A stretch of DNA of 64,000 nt from Candidatus Latescibacterota bacterium. Lineage in GTDB: Bacteria > Latescibacterota > UBA2968 > UBA8231. A program made the position numbers and the translations under genes. Where the stretch lies: NCBI GenBank assembly GCA_965248265.1, contig CBDFJF010000002.1, positions 3,168,001 to 3,232,000 on the forward strand, given 5' to 3'. The notes below the pieces were generated by a model. That model saw nothing but the letters and a program-made list of their open reading frames with translations, had not been told where the DNA came from and did no database searches. Below, one piece after another: positions 47,877 through 58,002 of this stretch (within the stretch, counting starts at the first letter, position 1; every line of letters starts with the position of its first letter).

Positions 47877-48500
47877 TTAAGCTCCCTCCGGCGAAGCTAC
47901 GTCAGGAGAGGTGGCCATAGTATTCAACACCAAATCCACGGCCTCAGCGCATGAACCGACAAGCTCCTCAATCACACTAGCGGACAGCTCTTTCCACGAG
48001 CGCGTTGGCCCATCCGAGACGATCTTCAAGCACTGCACGGGTCCAGTATCGCTGATTCCGATGGCCGCTTCCAGAAAGCCACTTCCTTCCATGTCATAGG
48101 CCCAATCCGGCTGGTAGGTAGCTTCGGGCTCGTCTACCGTGCACAGACATGTCGTCGCCAACCCTGGGGGAACGGCTCCACGGGGAAACAACCGACGGCC
48201 ACTCGCGCGTTCCAGGACTTCGTGGGCGAGCAGGGCGGTGCCAGGCAGGGCGGTGCCGTGGCCGGCGACGCCGACATTCAACCAGGCCGCCGGAGCGTCG
48301 TCGACGCAGGTACGATGGATCCGTTCCACGGCACGGCTGGCATTGACCCGGCCAACGCCGCAGATCACCAGTGCGAGGTCATTGCTGCTGCTGGCGTAGA
48401 AACCTCGGCTTCTGGTTGATTTGAGGTCGTACCTGGCTATCAGTGGTGTGGCCTCGGCTAAGAGTGCGACCACCATGTTGACGCGAACGCGCGAGGACAT
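47877..48500 (-). CDS. Nucleoside phosphorylase-like protein
   Basis: VAL.AEA, GVG..NA, LNVGVAG, DMEGSGF and KIVSD. Confidence 0.7.
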   Translation of the reverse strand: MSSRVRVNMVVALLAEATPLIARYDLKSTRSRGFYASSSNDLALVICGVGRVNASRAVERIHRTCVDDAPAAWLNVGVAGHGTALPGTALLAHEVLERASGRRLFPRGAVPPGLATTCLCTVDEPEATYQPDWAYDMEGSGFLEAAIGISDTGPVQCLKIVSDGPTRSWKELSASVIEELVGSCAEAVDLVLNTMATSPDVASPEGA

Positions 48501-48630
48501 CCGATTCCCATGTGTTTGGAGGGCTCAGGTTCGTTGACCCTCCAAATGTATCTGGCTACCTTCAGTTGAAACAACACCCTTCAATTGAACCCCGATTTGG
48601 AATGGGGCTCGACACCTCTCCACCGCCTTT

Positions 48631-49509
48631 ATGAGAAACCGCTTTTTCAAAGGGCATGGTCTGGGCAACGACTACATCGCCCTCGATCCCTCGGACCTGA
48701 ATTTTTCTTTGACGCCGGCCGCAATTCGGGCGGTCTGTGACCGCCATTGGGGACTTGGAAGCGACGGCATTCTGGCCCGCACGGCTTCCTCGAAGGCAGA
48801 TTTCGGGTTGCGCATCTATAATCCCGATGGCAGCGAGGCCGAGAAATCGGGAAACGGCTTGCGCATCTTCGGTCGCTATCTCTACAGTACGAAACAGACC
48901 AGACGGAAGCAGTTCACGGTGGAAACTCCCGGTGGAATCGTCGAAATCCTCCTTCACATCGATGGTTCGGGCCATGCCAGTTCGGCCACCGTAGAAATGG
49001 GGCCGGCCACCTTCGATCCGAAGGCGCTGCCGTGTACGGTGCCGGTGGAGGAGCTAGTCGATACGCCGATTCGCGTCGGCAAGAAGACCCACAAGTTCTG
49101 TGGCGTCAGCGTCGGCAATCCCCACTGTATCCTGTTCCGGGAAAAGGGCAGTTCGTGGACTCGGGAGGAATTGCTAGAACTGGGGCCCGCATTGGAGAAC
49201 CACGAGCTGTTTCCACGACGCACCAACGTTCAGCTGGCTGTCCCCACCGGCCCAAAGAGTATCTATATCCTGATCTGGGAGAGGGGTGCTGGAGAGACCC
49301 AAGCTTCAGGATCTTCATCGTGTGCGGCCGCGAGTGCAGCGATCAAGCTCGGTCTGGTCAAGAGCCCGGTAACCGTCAAGGCCCCCGGGGGTACGTTGCA
49401 GATTCAGGTTAGCGAGGACTATGAACTGACGATGAAGGGACCGGTAGCTGAAGTAGCGACCGGTGTATTCACCTCCGCGTTCGTGGAATCCCTTCCCCGG
49501 CGCCGGTGA
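48631..49509 (+). CDS. dapF: Diaminopimelate epimerase-like protein with both catalytic Cys replaced by Ser
   Basis: KGHGLGNDY, GSDG, NPDGSEAEKSGNG, GNPH, TNVQ and ERGAGETQASGS. Confidence 0.85.
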   Translation: MRNRFFKGHGLGNDYIALDPSDLNFSLTPAAIRAVCDRHWGLGSDGILARTASSKADFGLRIYNPDGSEAEKSGNGLRIFGRYLYSTKQTRRKQFTVETPGGIVEILLHIDGSGHASSATVEMGPATFDPKALPCTVPVEELVDTPIRVGKKTHKFCGVSVGNPHCILFREKGSSWTREELLELGPALENHELFPRRTNVQLAVPTGPKSIYILIWERGAGETQASGSSSCAAASAAIKLGLVKSPVTVKAPGGTLQIQVSEDYELTMKGPVAEVATGVFTSAFVESLPRRR

Positions 49510-49522
49510 GGATCCTACCGTC

Positions 49523-50608
49523 ATGAGGCGTTCCCACGCGCTCGAGGCGGAGCTCCACAACACCTGGAACCGCAAGCTCTATATCTGGTACCAGTACTAC
49601 AATGATCAGTACACCGCAGGTGTTCTGAAGACGCCTCTACTGACCATCGATCGATCGACGATTAATTTCGGGCAATGGAGTTCCTCGCGGCGCACGATCT
49701 CCATCGCCATCTCGCACATCGAGCGCGACCCCTGGTTGGCGGTCATGGACACCCTACGCCACGAAATGGCCCACCAGTACGTCGACGAGGTGCTGCTCGA
49801 GGATGGGGCACAGCGTCCACACGGACCCGCCTTTCAAAAAGCATGCGAACGCCTGCGTTGCTCCGCGGCCGCCAGTGCTGATCCGGACGATCCCGTCACC
49901 GGGGACCCCACGGCAACGCAGGATGACCGTGTATTGGCCCGGCTCAAGAAGGTCCTGTCGCTGGCTTCCAGTCCCAACGAGCACGAGGCTGAAGCCGCGG
50001 TCAAGAAGGCCCGGCGGCTGTTGTTGCAATACAATATCGATGTGGTCGAGCTCGACCGCCGGCGCGCGTACAGCTCCCGGGCGTTGGGTCCGGTGAAGGC
50101 CAGACGGGCATCGTGGGAACTCTGGCTGGCGATGATCCTGAACGAGTTTTTCTTCGTCGAGGTCTTATGGGGATTGTCCTATGATACCGCCCGCGACCGC
50201 GATGGTACGGTGCTTCAGATTTTCGGAACCGATGCCAACCTGGATATGTCCGAATACGTGTATGAGTATTTCTCACATCTGCTCGGTGCGCTCTGGGTCT
50301 CTTACAGAGCGGCCGAGGGCCTGCCGGACAATCGTGAGCGGCAGCGATATTTCGCCGGTGTCACTCAGGGGTTCTACGGAAAACTCCAGGAGCAGGAACG
50401 ATCCCTTGGACAGGAGACGGCACTCGTCTGGAAGGGGGACGGTCAGCTTCGTGAGTACTACCGGTACGTCAATCCGCAGGTCCACACCCGGACCTGCTCC
50501 GGGGTGAGTGCCAGTGCTGCGTTTAAAGACGGATTGGTCGAGGGGCGGCGCCTGACCATCCACCAACCCCTGGAGACTCGGGACGGTTTCGGGGGGTACC
50601 TCAAATAG
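49523..50608 (+). CDS. SprT-like metalloprotease domain plus DUF2786
   Basis: LRHEMAHQ..HGPAF, then KKVLSLASSPNEHEAEAA. Confidence 0.8.
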   Translation: MRRSHALEAELHNTWNRKLYIWYQYYNDQYTAGVLKTPLLTIDRSTINFGQWSSSRRTISIAISHIERDPWLAVMDTLRHEMAHQYVDEVLLEDGAQRPHGPAFQKACERLRCSAAASADPDDPVTGDPTATQDDRVLARLKKVLSLASSPNEHEAEAAVKKARRLLLQYNIDVVELDRRRAYSSRALGPVKARRASWELWLAMILNEFFFVEVLWGLSYDTARDRDGTVLQIFGTDANLDMSEYVYEYFSHLLGALWVSYRAAEGLPDNRERQRYFAGVTQGFYGKLQEQERSLGQETALVWKGDGQLREYYRYVNPQVHTRTCSGVSASAAFKDGLVEGRRLTIHQPLETRDGFGGYLK

Positions 50609-50610
50609 CG

Positions 50611-53469
50611 ATGATCAGCGCGAGAGTGGCATCCGGCTTGTTGGCCCTCCTCCTTCTCCTCTTCTTGTGTACCCCCGGGAATAGTCAGCTCTACCGTTTC
50701 GGCAAGAACAAAGTTCAGTTCGACCGTTTTGAGTGGCAGAAGATGGAGACGGAGCATTTCGATCTTTACTTCTATCCCGAGGAAACCGAACTGGCTTCCT
50801 TCACCGCCCCCATGGCGGAGGCTGGTTTCCGTCATGCCGAGAGCAAATTCGGCTACACGGTGCAGCGTCGTATTCCCCTGATTATCTATTCCTCCCATGT
50901 CTATTTCGAGCAGACCAACATCATCCCTGGCTATTTGCCCGAGGGGGTGGCGGGGTTTACGGAGTTTCTCAAGGGGCGCGTGGCGTTGCCGCTGAGTGGC
51001 TCTCTGCCGGAATTCGAACGCGTCCTCTACCACGAACTCATTCACGTCTTCATGTTCGACCTGGTACGCCATGTCCTGCGCAGCAGAGGGATCACTGAGT
51101 ATCGCCCTGGCCCCCTCTGGTTCTCGGAGGGACTGGCCGAGTACTGGTCGAGCGAGTGGGACAGCCGAGCCAGCATGATCGTGCGCGATGCTCTGTTCTC
51201 CCAGCGGTTGGTACCGATTTCCCAGATGTACCAAATCAACGGCACCTTCCAGATGTACAAGGAAGGACAATCGATATGCGAGTACATGGCTCGCGAGTAC
51301 GGCGAGGACGTATTTGAGCGAATCCTGCACAACTGGTGGAAAGCGGAGACCTTCGGCGAAGTCTTCGAGATGACGACGGGGGAAACCCTTGACGCGTTGG
51401 ACGAGAGCTGGCAGTACGACCTGAATAAGAGGATCCTCCCCGTCATCGAGGATGCGGATCCACCGAGCCAAATGGCAACCGCGCTCACGCACTCTGGCTT
51501 CAACCTCAAGCCCAGCGTCGCGATGCCCAGCAGCGCGACCACAGAGGCCGATAGCCAACACGTCCTGTATTTCAGCAACACCCAAGGGTACACACAGATC
51601 GTCCGTCAGGCGGTGGTTGGCGGTGAAGTGGATGTTGTCGTCGAAGGAGAACGTTCAGCAGCATTCGAGTCGCTGCATGCTTTCTTCAGCGGCCTGGCCG
51701 TATCCGAAGACGGGGATGCTCTGGCATTCGCTGCCAAGCGCAATGGGCGCGATCACCTGGTTACCTGGGATCTGAGACAGGGGAAGGAAAGCGGTCGATT
51801 CAGTTTTCCTTCCATTGTCGCAATAACCTCACCCTCATGGTCACCAGATAACGAGATGCTGGTGTTTTCCGGGGCAGAGCGAGGTGGTATCACCGATCTC
51901 TACACCGTTGACGTGCGCACGGGTGAGTTGAACGGGTTGACCCGGGATGTTTACCACGACAGCGATCCCACCTGGCACCCCGAAGGGGACCGCATTGCCT
52001 TCAGCTCCGATCGTTGGCAGGGGGGACGGCAGGGGTTATACAATCTTTTTCAGTACGAGCTGACGAGCGGACGGATCATCCAGCTCACGCGCGGCAACCA
52101 CAACGATGTGCAACCTCAATGGGCACCCGACGGCCGGTCGATGGTCTTCAGCTCTGACCGGGACGGCATCTACAATCTTCACAGGCTGGGTTTTGGGGTT
52201 GACCCTGCCGCGGCTCAGGCTCACGTGGACCGCATCAGTTCGACCTTGACGGGATCCTTTGACCCGAGCTGGTTGCCCGATCAAAGCGGAGTCCTGTTCA
52301 CCGGATTCGAGGCCGGGCGTTTCAATATTTACCGAATGGCGCTCGATTCCACGCAAACCGGCAGCACGGCCGCGGACACGATGGCGATGGTCTCCTATCG
52401 CGTCCAGGATCTGTCTGTAGAGGGGGATCAATGGCAGCTGGAAGGCAATGAACTCGAGTCGAGTTTGCTGACGCGCAGGTCCTACAAGCGCAAGCTCTCC
52501 CTCGATGTTGCTCAGAGCCAGATCTCGCAGGATCCACTTTTCGGCACTTCCGGCGGCATCCAAATCGGTCTCAGCGATGTGCTTGGGAATGACCAGTACT
52601 ATTTCGTTCTCTCCCATATTTCCGGTGGTAATTCCAACCTGTTCAACGGCCTCAACCTCGCTTTCGCCCGTGTGTACTTGGCGCAGCAGCTCAACATCGG
52701 CTGGGGTGTTTTTCGATTGAATGACCGGTTTACGAGGCGATTCGGTCGCCAGGTGAGAGAGCGCCGAACCGGGGCGTACCTTGAATTGAGCTATCCTTTT
52801 ACGCGCAACGATCGCCTCGAAACCAGGATGACGATGCGTCACTCGGACATTGACCGTCAGTTCGAGGGGCGGCAGCTCAAAGGTTGGTTGATGTCCAATC
52901 ACATCAGCTACACGCACGACAGCAGCTTGTGGATTCCGACCGGTCCGTTGGAGGGCACCCGGTACAGCGTGGGGGTCGGGCAGGACATCGATTTCAAGAG
53001 CTCCAGGCGCTACAACACCACCGTGTTCGGAGACTACCGACACTACTTCCGCCTGTCACGCCGCTCCAGCCTTGCCCAGCGTTACATGGCTCGTCACAGC
53101 CGGGGCGACGTTCCCGAGTTTTTCTCCATGGGCGGTAGTTGGACCTTGCGTGGTTATCCGTGGCGCTCCATCTGGGGGCGCAATCTGGTGTTGGTCAACT
53201 ACGAGTTGCGTTTTCCGCTGCTCGACCGCATGGTCCTGGCCTTTCCCTTCGGCAACATCGATTTCTCAGCTTTCAGAGGCGCTCTGTTCGTCGACGCCGG
53301 CAATGCTTGGAACGACGAGTTCGGCGAATGGCTGGGTAGCTTCGGGGGAGGCACCCGACTCGGGCTCGGGGGCTTCTTCGTCTTCAGGCTGGATGCGTCC
53401 AGGCGTACTGACTTCAAGTCAGTCGACAACAACACCCGATGGGACTTTTTCTTTGGCTGGGACTTCTAA
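50611..53469 (+). CDS. Gluzincin (MA) peptidase domain, TolB-like PD40 propeller and Omp85/BamA-type beta-barrel
   Basis: FGKNKVQ, HELIH..WFSEGLAEY, PxWxPDG repeats, GG..TLRGY, ELRFPL, FVDAG and a terminal FFFGWDF. Confidence 0.85.
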   Translation: MISARVASGLLALLLLLFLCTPGNSQLYRFGKNKVQFDRFEWQKMETEHFDLYFYPEETELASFTAPMAEAGFRHAESKFGYTVQRRIPLIIYSSHVYFEQTNIIPGYLPEGVAGFTEFLKGRVALPLSGSLPEFERVLYHELIHVFMFDLVRHVLRSRGITEYRPGPLWFSEGLAEYWSSEWDSRASMIVRDALFSQRLVPISQMYQINGTFQMYKEGQSICEYMAREYGEDVFERILHNWWKAETFGEVFEMTTGETLDALDESWQYDLNKRILPVIEDADPPSQMATALTHSGFNLKPSVAMPSSATTEADSQHVLYFSNTQGYTQIVRQAVVGGEVDVVVEGERSAAFESLHAFFSGLAVSEDGDALAFAAKRNGRDHLVTWDLRQGKESGRFSFPSIVAITSPSWSPDNEMLVFSGAERGGITDLYTVDVRTGELNGLTRDVYHDSDPTWHPEGDRIAFSSDRWQGGRQGLYNLFQYELTSGRIIQLTRGNHNDVQPQWAPDGRSMVFSSDRDGIYNLHRLGFGVDPAAAQAHVDRISSTLTGSFDPSWLPDQSGVLFTGFEAGRFNIYRMALDSTQTGSTAADTMAMVSYRVQDLSVEGDQWQLEGNELESSLLTRRSYKRKLSLDVAQSQISQDPLFGTSGGIQIGLSDVLGNDQYYFVLSHISGGNSNLFNGLNLAFARVYLAQQLNIGWGVFRLNDRFTRRFGRQVRERRTGAYLELSYPFTRNDRLETRMTMRHSDIDRQFEGRQLKGWLMSNHISYTHDSSLWIPTGPLEGTRYSVGVGQDIDFKSSRRYNTTVFGDYRHYFRLSRRSSLAQRYMARHSRGDVPEFFSMGGSWTLRGYPWRSIWGRNLVLVNYELRFPLLDRMVLAFPFGNIDFSAFRGALFVDAGNAWNDEFGEWLGSFGGGTRLGLGGFFVFRLDASRRTDFKSVDNNTRWDFFFGWDF

Positions 53470-53491
53470 ACTCCGTACTCGCCAAACGCCG

Positions 53492-54640
53492 ATGCTGCGA
53501 TCCTTCGCGCAGGTTTGGGCGTGGGTCAGTATCTACACGGCTGTCGTCAGCTGCGGGGGAGCGAACCTGCCATACTTTCCGCCTACCACTCAGGATCACC
53601 GGGACCAGGACTGGAATCAGAGTGGTGGGGGGCATTCGGGTCGCTCCTTCAGGCCTCTTGGCGTCGAGCCACCGCTGAGATTGCTGTGGGAACAGCGACT
53701 GAACAGCTCGCCCCTTGGCGGTGGCCTGGTTTCCGGGCCATTGCTGTTCCAGATGACGAAGACCTCGTCACTCTATTCCTTCGATCTGGTCGGACGCGAG
53801 CTTGGCAAGCGGGGTTACGGGGAAATACCATGTGCTCCGCCGGCCATCGCCGGTTCGGCCTCTGAGGTGCTCGTGGTCGCCGAATTCTTCCCTGATCCAC
53901 TCATCAAGGGCGTGTCGCGCCTCGACGGCTCGACCCTGTGGTCCCGCAAAAGCACCGTGTGTGTCCCGACCGTTTCTCGTGCCGACACCATCGTCTTCAT
54001 CGACGATGCGGGCACGGCGACCGCGCTGACAGCAAGTGAAGGCGAAACACTGTGGGAGTTGCACGGCGAGGAGCGCCATGCCAGTGGTCCGTCCATGTTC
54101 GGAGACCTCGTCATATTTGGAGACTCAGCCGGAGCCTTGAGAGCACTGGGCGTACGGGATGGTAAACAGAGGTGGTTGAGCCAGCTGGGAACAGGACTGC
54201 GTTCACGACCGGCCGTTTCCGCAAAGGGTGTTTTCGCCGGTACGGGGGCGGGGGAGATCATCGCCTTGTCCGCCGACACCGGGGATGAGCTGTGGCGCAC
54301 TGCTCTGGGCAGCCTGCTGACCCCCGGCTTGACTCTGTCACAGGACCTGGTCGTAGCCGGCTGTGTGGACCGCCACGTGTATGCCGTGGACGTTGACACC
54401 GGCGACATTGTCTGGAGATTCGAGACCGGCGGCGTGGTCCGCGGTACGCCGGTGTCGACGGAGTCGGTCGTCTACTGTGGCAGCGGCGATGGTTTCATCT
54501 ACGCCCTGGAACTCAGATCAGGGAGCCTGCTGTGGAAGTATCGTCTCGATGGCCCATCGCTTGAGGGGCTTGCGTTGGGACCGCGAACACTGATCGTGAC
54601 GACGGAGAGCGGCAGTATCTACGTCTTCGGAAGGGGTTGA
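53492..54640 (+). CDS. PQQ-like beta-propeller lipoprotein (BamB-like)
   Basis: Lipobox VVSC and repeated AL...G..LW blades. Confidence 0.8.
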   Translation: MLRSFAQVWAWVSIYTAVVSCGGANLPYFPPTTQDHRDQDWNQSGGGHSGRSFRPLGVEPPLRLLWEQRLNSSPLGGGLVSGPLLFQMTKTSSLYSFDLVGRELGKRGYGEIPCAPPAIAGSASEVLVVAEFFPDPLIKGVSRLDGSTLWSRKSTVCVPTVSRADTIVFIDDAGTATALTASEGETLWELHGEERHASGPSMFGDLVIFGDSAGALRALGVRDGKQRWLSQLGTGLRSRPAVSAKGVFAGTGAGEIIALSADTGDELWRTALGSLLTPGLTLSQDLVVAGCVDRHVYAVDVDTGDIVWRFETGGVVRGTPVSTESVVYCGSGDGFIYALELRSGSLLWKYRLDGPSLEGLALGPRTLIVTTESGSIYVFGRG

Positions 54641-54643
54641 GGA

Positions 54644-55129
54644 GTGAATGGCCGCTTGACAATCCTGTTGATGCTGACTCTGGCAGCGTCACACACAATG
54701 GCTGAGGCAGCAGAGGAGAGCGCTGAAGCACCAGCATGGAGTCCTCTGCCCAGCATGTTGGCTGGAGTACTGCAGGCCCAGCCAGTCAGCTTTTCAAGAT
54801 CGAGACTCCCCGTCCAGCAGGCCGGGAAGAACTCGCGCATAGATGCGCAGCGGCAAGATGGAGAGGACGACGGTCAGCTGGAGGAGCGGCGTTTTCATCC
54901 CGGTAAAGCGGCGTACTTGAGCGCTGGTCTGGCGCTCTCCAGTGGTGTGATGGCCTGGCTCAGCAAGCGGGAAGCAGACGATGCCTACGATCACTATCTG
55001 CATGCAGCCGGCAGCGAGCGTCAAAAGACACAATTCGATCGGGCTGAGCGTTACGACCGACTCTCCGGGGCGGCCTTCGCCGCGATGGAGGCGGGGATCC
55101 TGATGACGGCCTACTTCACCTTCTTCTAG
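54644..55129 (+). CDS. Hypothetical secreted/membrane protein
   Basis: Signal peptide, ADDAYDHYL motif and C-terminal hydrophobic helices. Confidence 0.6.
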   Translation: MNGRLTILLMLTLAASHTMAEAAEESAEAPAWSPLPSMLAGVLQAQPVSFSRSRLPVQQAGKNSRIDAQRQDGEDDGQLEERRFHPGKAAYLSAGLALSSGVMAWLSKREADDAYDHYLHAAGSERQKTQFDRAERYDRLSGAAFAAMEAGILMTAYFTFF

Positions 55130-55220
55130 CATGTCGGATACAACCACACATCGATCCGCCAGACTGGGCTGGCTATGGTGTCCAGACGTTGGTCCTGGTC
55201 GTCCTGCCACGCCATCGCGG

Positions 55221-56525
55221 ATGGTCTCATTCTTAGCGATCGCGCTTCTGGCAAGTGCCTGTACCGATCGCCAGCATCGAAACCCCCTCGACCCGCTGAC
55301 GACGAATCCTGTCGACAACTCCACCCCGATCGATGCAGTCGCCGGCGACGGAGTGGTGTCGCTGGCATGGGATTACAGTCAATTCCAGGACCTGTTCGGC
55401 TACCGCCTGCAGCGCACGGCCTTCGGTGCCGATGGGGCGTCTCAGCAGTTGACACTCCATGATCTGTCGGCGTCGACGCTGCAATTCGAGGACGTGGAAG
55501 TCGACAACGGCCACACATACCAGTATCGACTGTCTCTGGTAGTCGACGGTGACGGTGAGCTTGAGTTGGCCGACATTCAATTGGCAACACCCGGACCGGA
55601 GATCGCCTGGGCCGCAGATCGCGGCTCCGGTCTGGTTTGGAAGTTGAGCCCCGATGGCCGCAATGGGTTGTTCGCGAGCGGTCGCTTCAGCATTGGCGGG
55701 ATGGCGGTGAGCCAGCACGATCGTTCGTGTTGGGTCAGTGATGTCAACACCGGCTTGCACCGGATTGACCCCGAAGGCCAGGTCGACGCGATCGAGAGCG
55801 AGTTGATGGCAGCCGGCGCTCTGAGCTTCGATCCAGACGGAACCACTGGTTGGGTGGCCGATCGTGAAGATGGTGCCGTTTATTCCTTTTCTGCCAACAG
55901 AATCGACTCTCTGGATCTGGTGCAAGTGGATGCCAGCTTCCTGGACCCGTTTCAGCTGGCGCCTATCGAGGGTGGCTGTTGGGTCGCGGATCGCGGGGTT
56001 GCGGATCGCGGGGTCGCGGATCGCGGGGCCGCGGATCGCGAGCAAGGGAGGATCCTGCTGTACAGCGTCGAAGGCAGCCGCATCGTCGATTGGCGCGGAA
56101 TGAGCGACTTGCTGGCAATTGCGGCCTCGGATGCTCCGCTGCTGGCTGAGGGCGGCAACGTCATCTGGGTCATAGCGGATGCGGGAGAGACCCTGCTTCG
56201 GCTCGAGGTTGGCGCTGGAGAAGGACAGGAACTCGACCTGCCCTTCGATCGGGCCATTGACGTGGATGTGGATGATCGTACCGGGGATTGCTGGGTGCTG
56301 GGTGAGCGTGACATCGCTCTGTTCAGCGTGGACGGCACCCAGATCATGCACAGGAGTCAATTCGATCTCGGAGCCGTCTCTTTGACCGTCGACGGTATCA
56401 ATCAGAGCGTTTGGATCGCGGCCGCCAACGCCGTTTGGAAGCTGAGCATCGAGCTCGAAGGCCAGACCCGATTAGGCGGGTTCACCTCAACGCTCGGGAT
56501 TGCAGTGGACCCCGGATCCCGGTAA
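55221..56525 (+). CDS. Lipoprotein with an FN3 domain and an NHL-like propeller
   Basis: LASAC lipobox, RNPLDP, VSLAW..YQYRL and WVAD repeats. Confidence 0.72.
   Translation: MVSFLAIALLASACTDRQHRNPLDPLTTNPVDNSTPIDAVAGDGVVSLAWDYSQFQDLFGYRLQRTAFGADGASQQLTLHDLSASTLQFEDVEVDNGHTYQYRLSLVVDGDGELELADIQLATPGPEIAWAADRGSGLVWKLSPDGRNGLFASGRFSIGGMAVSQHDRSCWVSDVNTGLHRIDPEGQVDAIESELMAAGALSFDPDGTTGWVADREDGAVYSFSANRIDSLDLVQVDASFLDPFQLAPIEGGCWVADRGVADRGVADRGAADREQGRILLYSVEGSRIVDWRGMSDLLAIAASDAPLLAEGGNVIWVIADAGETLLRLEVGAGEGQELDLPFDRAIDVDVDDRTGDCWVLGERDIALFSVDGTQIMHRSQFDLGAVSLTVDGINQSVWIAAANAVWKLSIELEGQTRLGGFTSTLGIAVDPGSR
55981..56040 (+). repeat. In-frame 15-bp tandem repeat, four copies (VADRG)
   Basis: GGGYYGCGGATCGCG repeated four times. 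Confidence 0.9.
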
Positions 56526-56548
56526 ATGGGAGGTAACGAGTAAACAAG

Positions 56549-57439
56549 ATGGCGAAGATTACCAGCATGACTGGATTCGGTACCGGTACCGCCGAGGTCG
56601 ATGGCTACCGGCTTCGAGTGCTGATTCGCTCGGTGAACGGCCGCTTTCTCGATGTGCAGATCCGTTGTCAGAGCGGCTTGGTGGATTTCGAGCAGACCGT
56701 GCGGGAACGTTTACAGGGAAGCGGAATATCCCGTGGCAAGGTCAACGTGACGCTGGAATGGGAGGAGACACCGCAGTCAGGGTCCCTGCCCATTTTGAAC
56801 CAGGAGGTCGCGGACCAGTACATCGGTGAGCTAAAGCGCCTCGGTGACATCGCCGGGGTCACGCTCGAGCCGGACCTGCACCAGCTCGCCCGCCTGCCGG
56901 GGTTGTTTCGCACTCAGGAGACCGTGGCCTTGGAGCCAGAGCGGACCGCCGCGTTGGTGTCTGAAGCATTGGAGGAAGCCATTGCCGAGTTCGAGCGCAT
57001 GCGCACGGCTGAGGGAGAGGCCCTGCTGGCAGATCTAAAGGGCCGACTATCCAAGATCGAACGTTGCATCGAAGAGATCGCCGTCAAGGCCGATGGCTCC
57101 AAGGAACAAATCCACGCCCGATTACGGGAGCGTGTTGACGTCCTGTTGAGACCGGGCGAACTGGATGAGTCCCGCCTGGCGATGGAGGTAGCTCTGCTCG
57201 CCGATCGCAGCGATATTACTGAGGAGATCGTCCGCTTTCGCAGCCACAATGTCCAATTCACAAACACCTTGGACGAAGGGGGCGATGTGGGGAAGCGACT
57301 CAACTTCCTGCTGCAGGAAATGAACAGAGAAGCCAACACCATTAGCTCGAAGGCATCCGATGCCGACTTGATTCACCAGTCCGTGGAAATCAAGGAGGAG
57401 GTCGAGCGCTTGAGAGAGCAGATCCAGAATCTTGCATGA
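56549..57439 (+). CDS. yicC: YicC/YloC-family endoribonuclease
   Basis: SMTGFG, RSVNGRFLD, DITEE and GKRLNFLLQEMNREANTISSK. Confidence 0.93.
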   Translation: MAKITSMTGFGTGTAEVDGYRLRVLIRSVNGRFLDVQIRCQSGLVDFEQTVRERLQGSGISRGKVNVTLEWEETPQSGSLPILNQEVADQYIGELKRLGDIAGVTLEPDLHQLARLPGLFRTQETVALEPERTAALVSEALEEAIAEFERMRTAEGEALLADLKGRLSKIERCIEEIAVKADGSKEQIHARLRERVDVLLRPGELDESRLAMEVALLADRSDITEEIVRFRSHNVQFTNTLDEGGDVGKRLNFLLQEMNREANTISSKASDADLIHQSVEIKEEVERLREQIQNLA

Positions 57440-58002
57440 GCAGCCACTCCACACAAGCATCGGCTCACCGCCTTGTATCCGTGAGCGGACTGCCAGGCAG
57501 CGGCACGAGTACGGCGTGTAGCCTTCTGGCTGAGATGATTGACTGGCGTTACATCAACGTCGGCGAGATTTTCAGAGACATGGCTCAAGAGCAGGGGATA
57601 TCCCTCAGCTCCTACGGGGCGCAGGCGGAACAGGATGGGGAAATCGACCGTCAGTTGGATGCCCGGGTCATCGCCCTGGCCCAAGCATCAACGGGCGGCG
57701 TCATCCTGGAAGGAAGGCTGACCGGTTGGATGGCCCGGCGCCATAACCTGCCCACCCTCAAGGTATGGCTGCAGGCATCGGTTTCGGCTCGTGCGGAGCG
57801 GGTCGGTCAGCGTGACGGGCAGACTTCGCAGGAAGCAGCAGCAACCATGAGTGAGCGTGAGGCTTCGGAAGCTAAGCGCTATGCCGATCACCACGATATC
57901 GACATCGGTGATCTGACTATCTACGACCTCGTCATCGACTCAGCCGAACACACGGCGGCACAGATCGCTCAGCTCATCGCTGATTCCCTGGACGCCACCT
58001 GA
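57436..58002 (+). CDS. cmk: Archaeal-type (d)CMP kinase
   Basis: SGLPGSGTST, GEIFRDMA, IDRQLD, EGRL, RE.SE.KRY and YDLVIDS. Confidence 0.82.
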   Translation: MSSHSTQASAHRLVSVSGLPGSGTSTACSLLAEMIDWRYINVGEIFRDMAQEQGISLSSYGAQAEQDGEIDRQLDARVIALAQASTGGVILEGRLTGWMARRHNLPTLKVWLQASVSARAERVGQRDGQTSQEAAATMSEREASEAKRYADHHDIDIGDLTIYDLVIDSAEHTAAQIAQLIADSLDAT

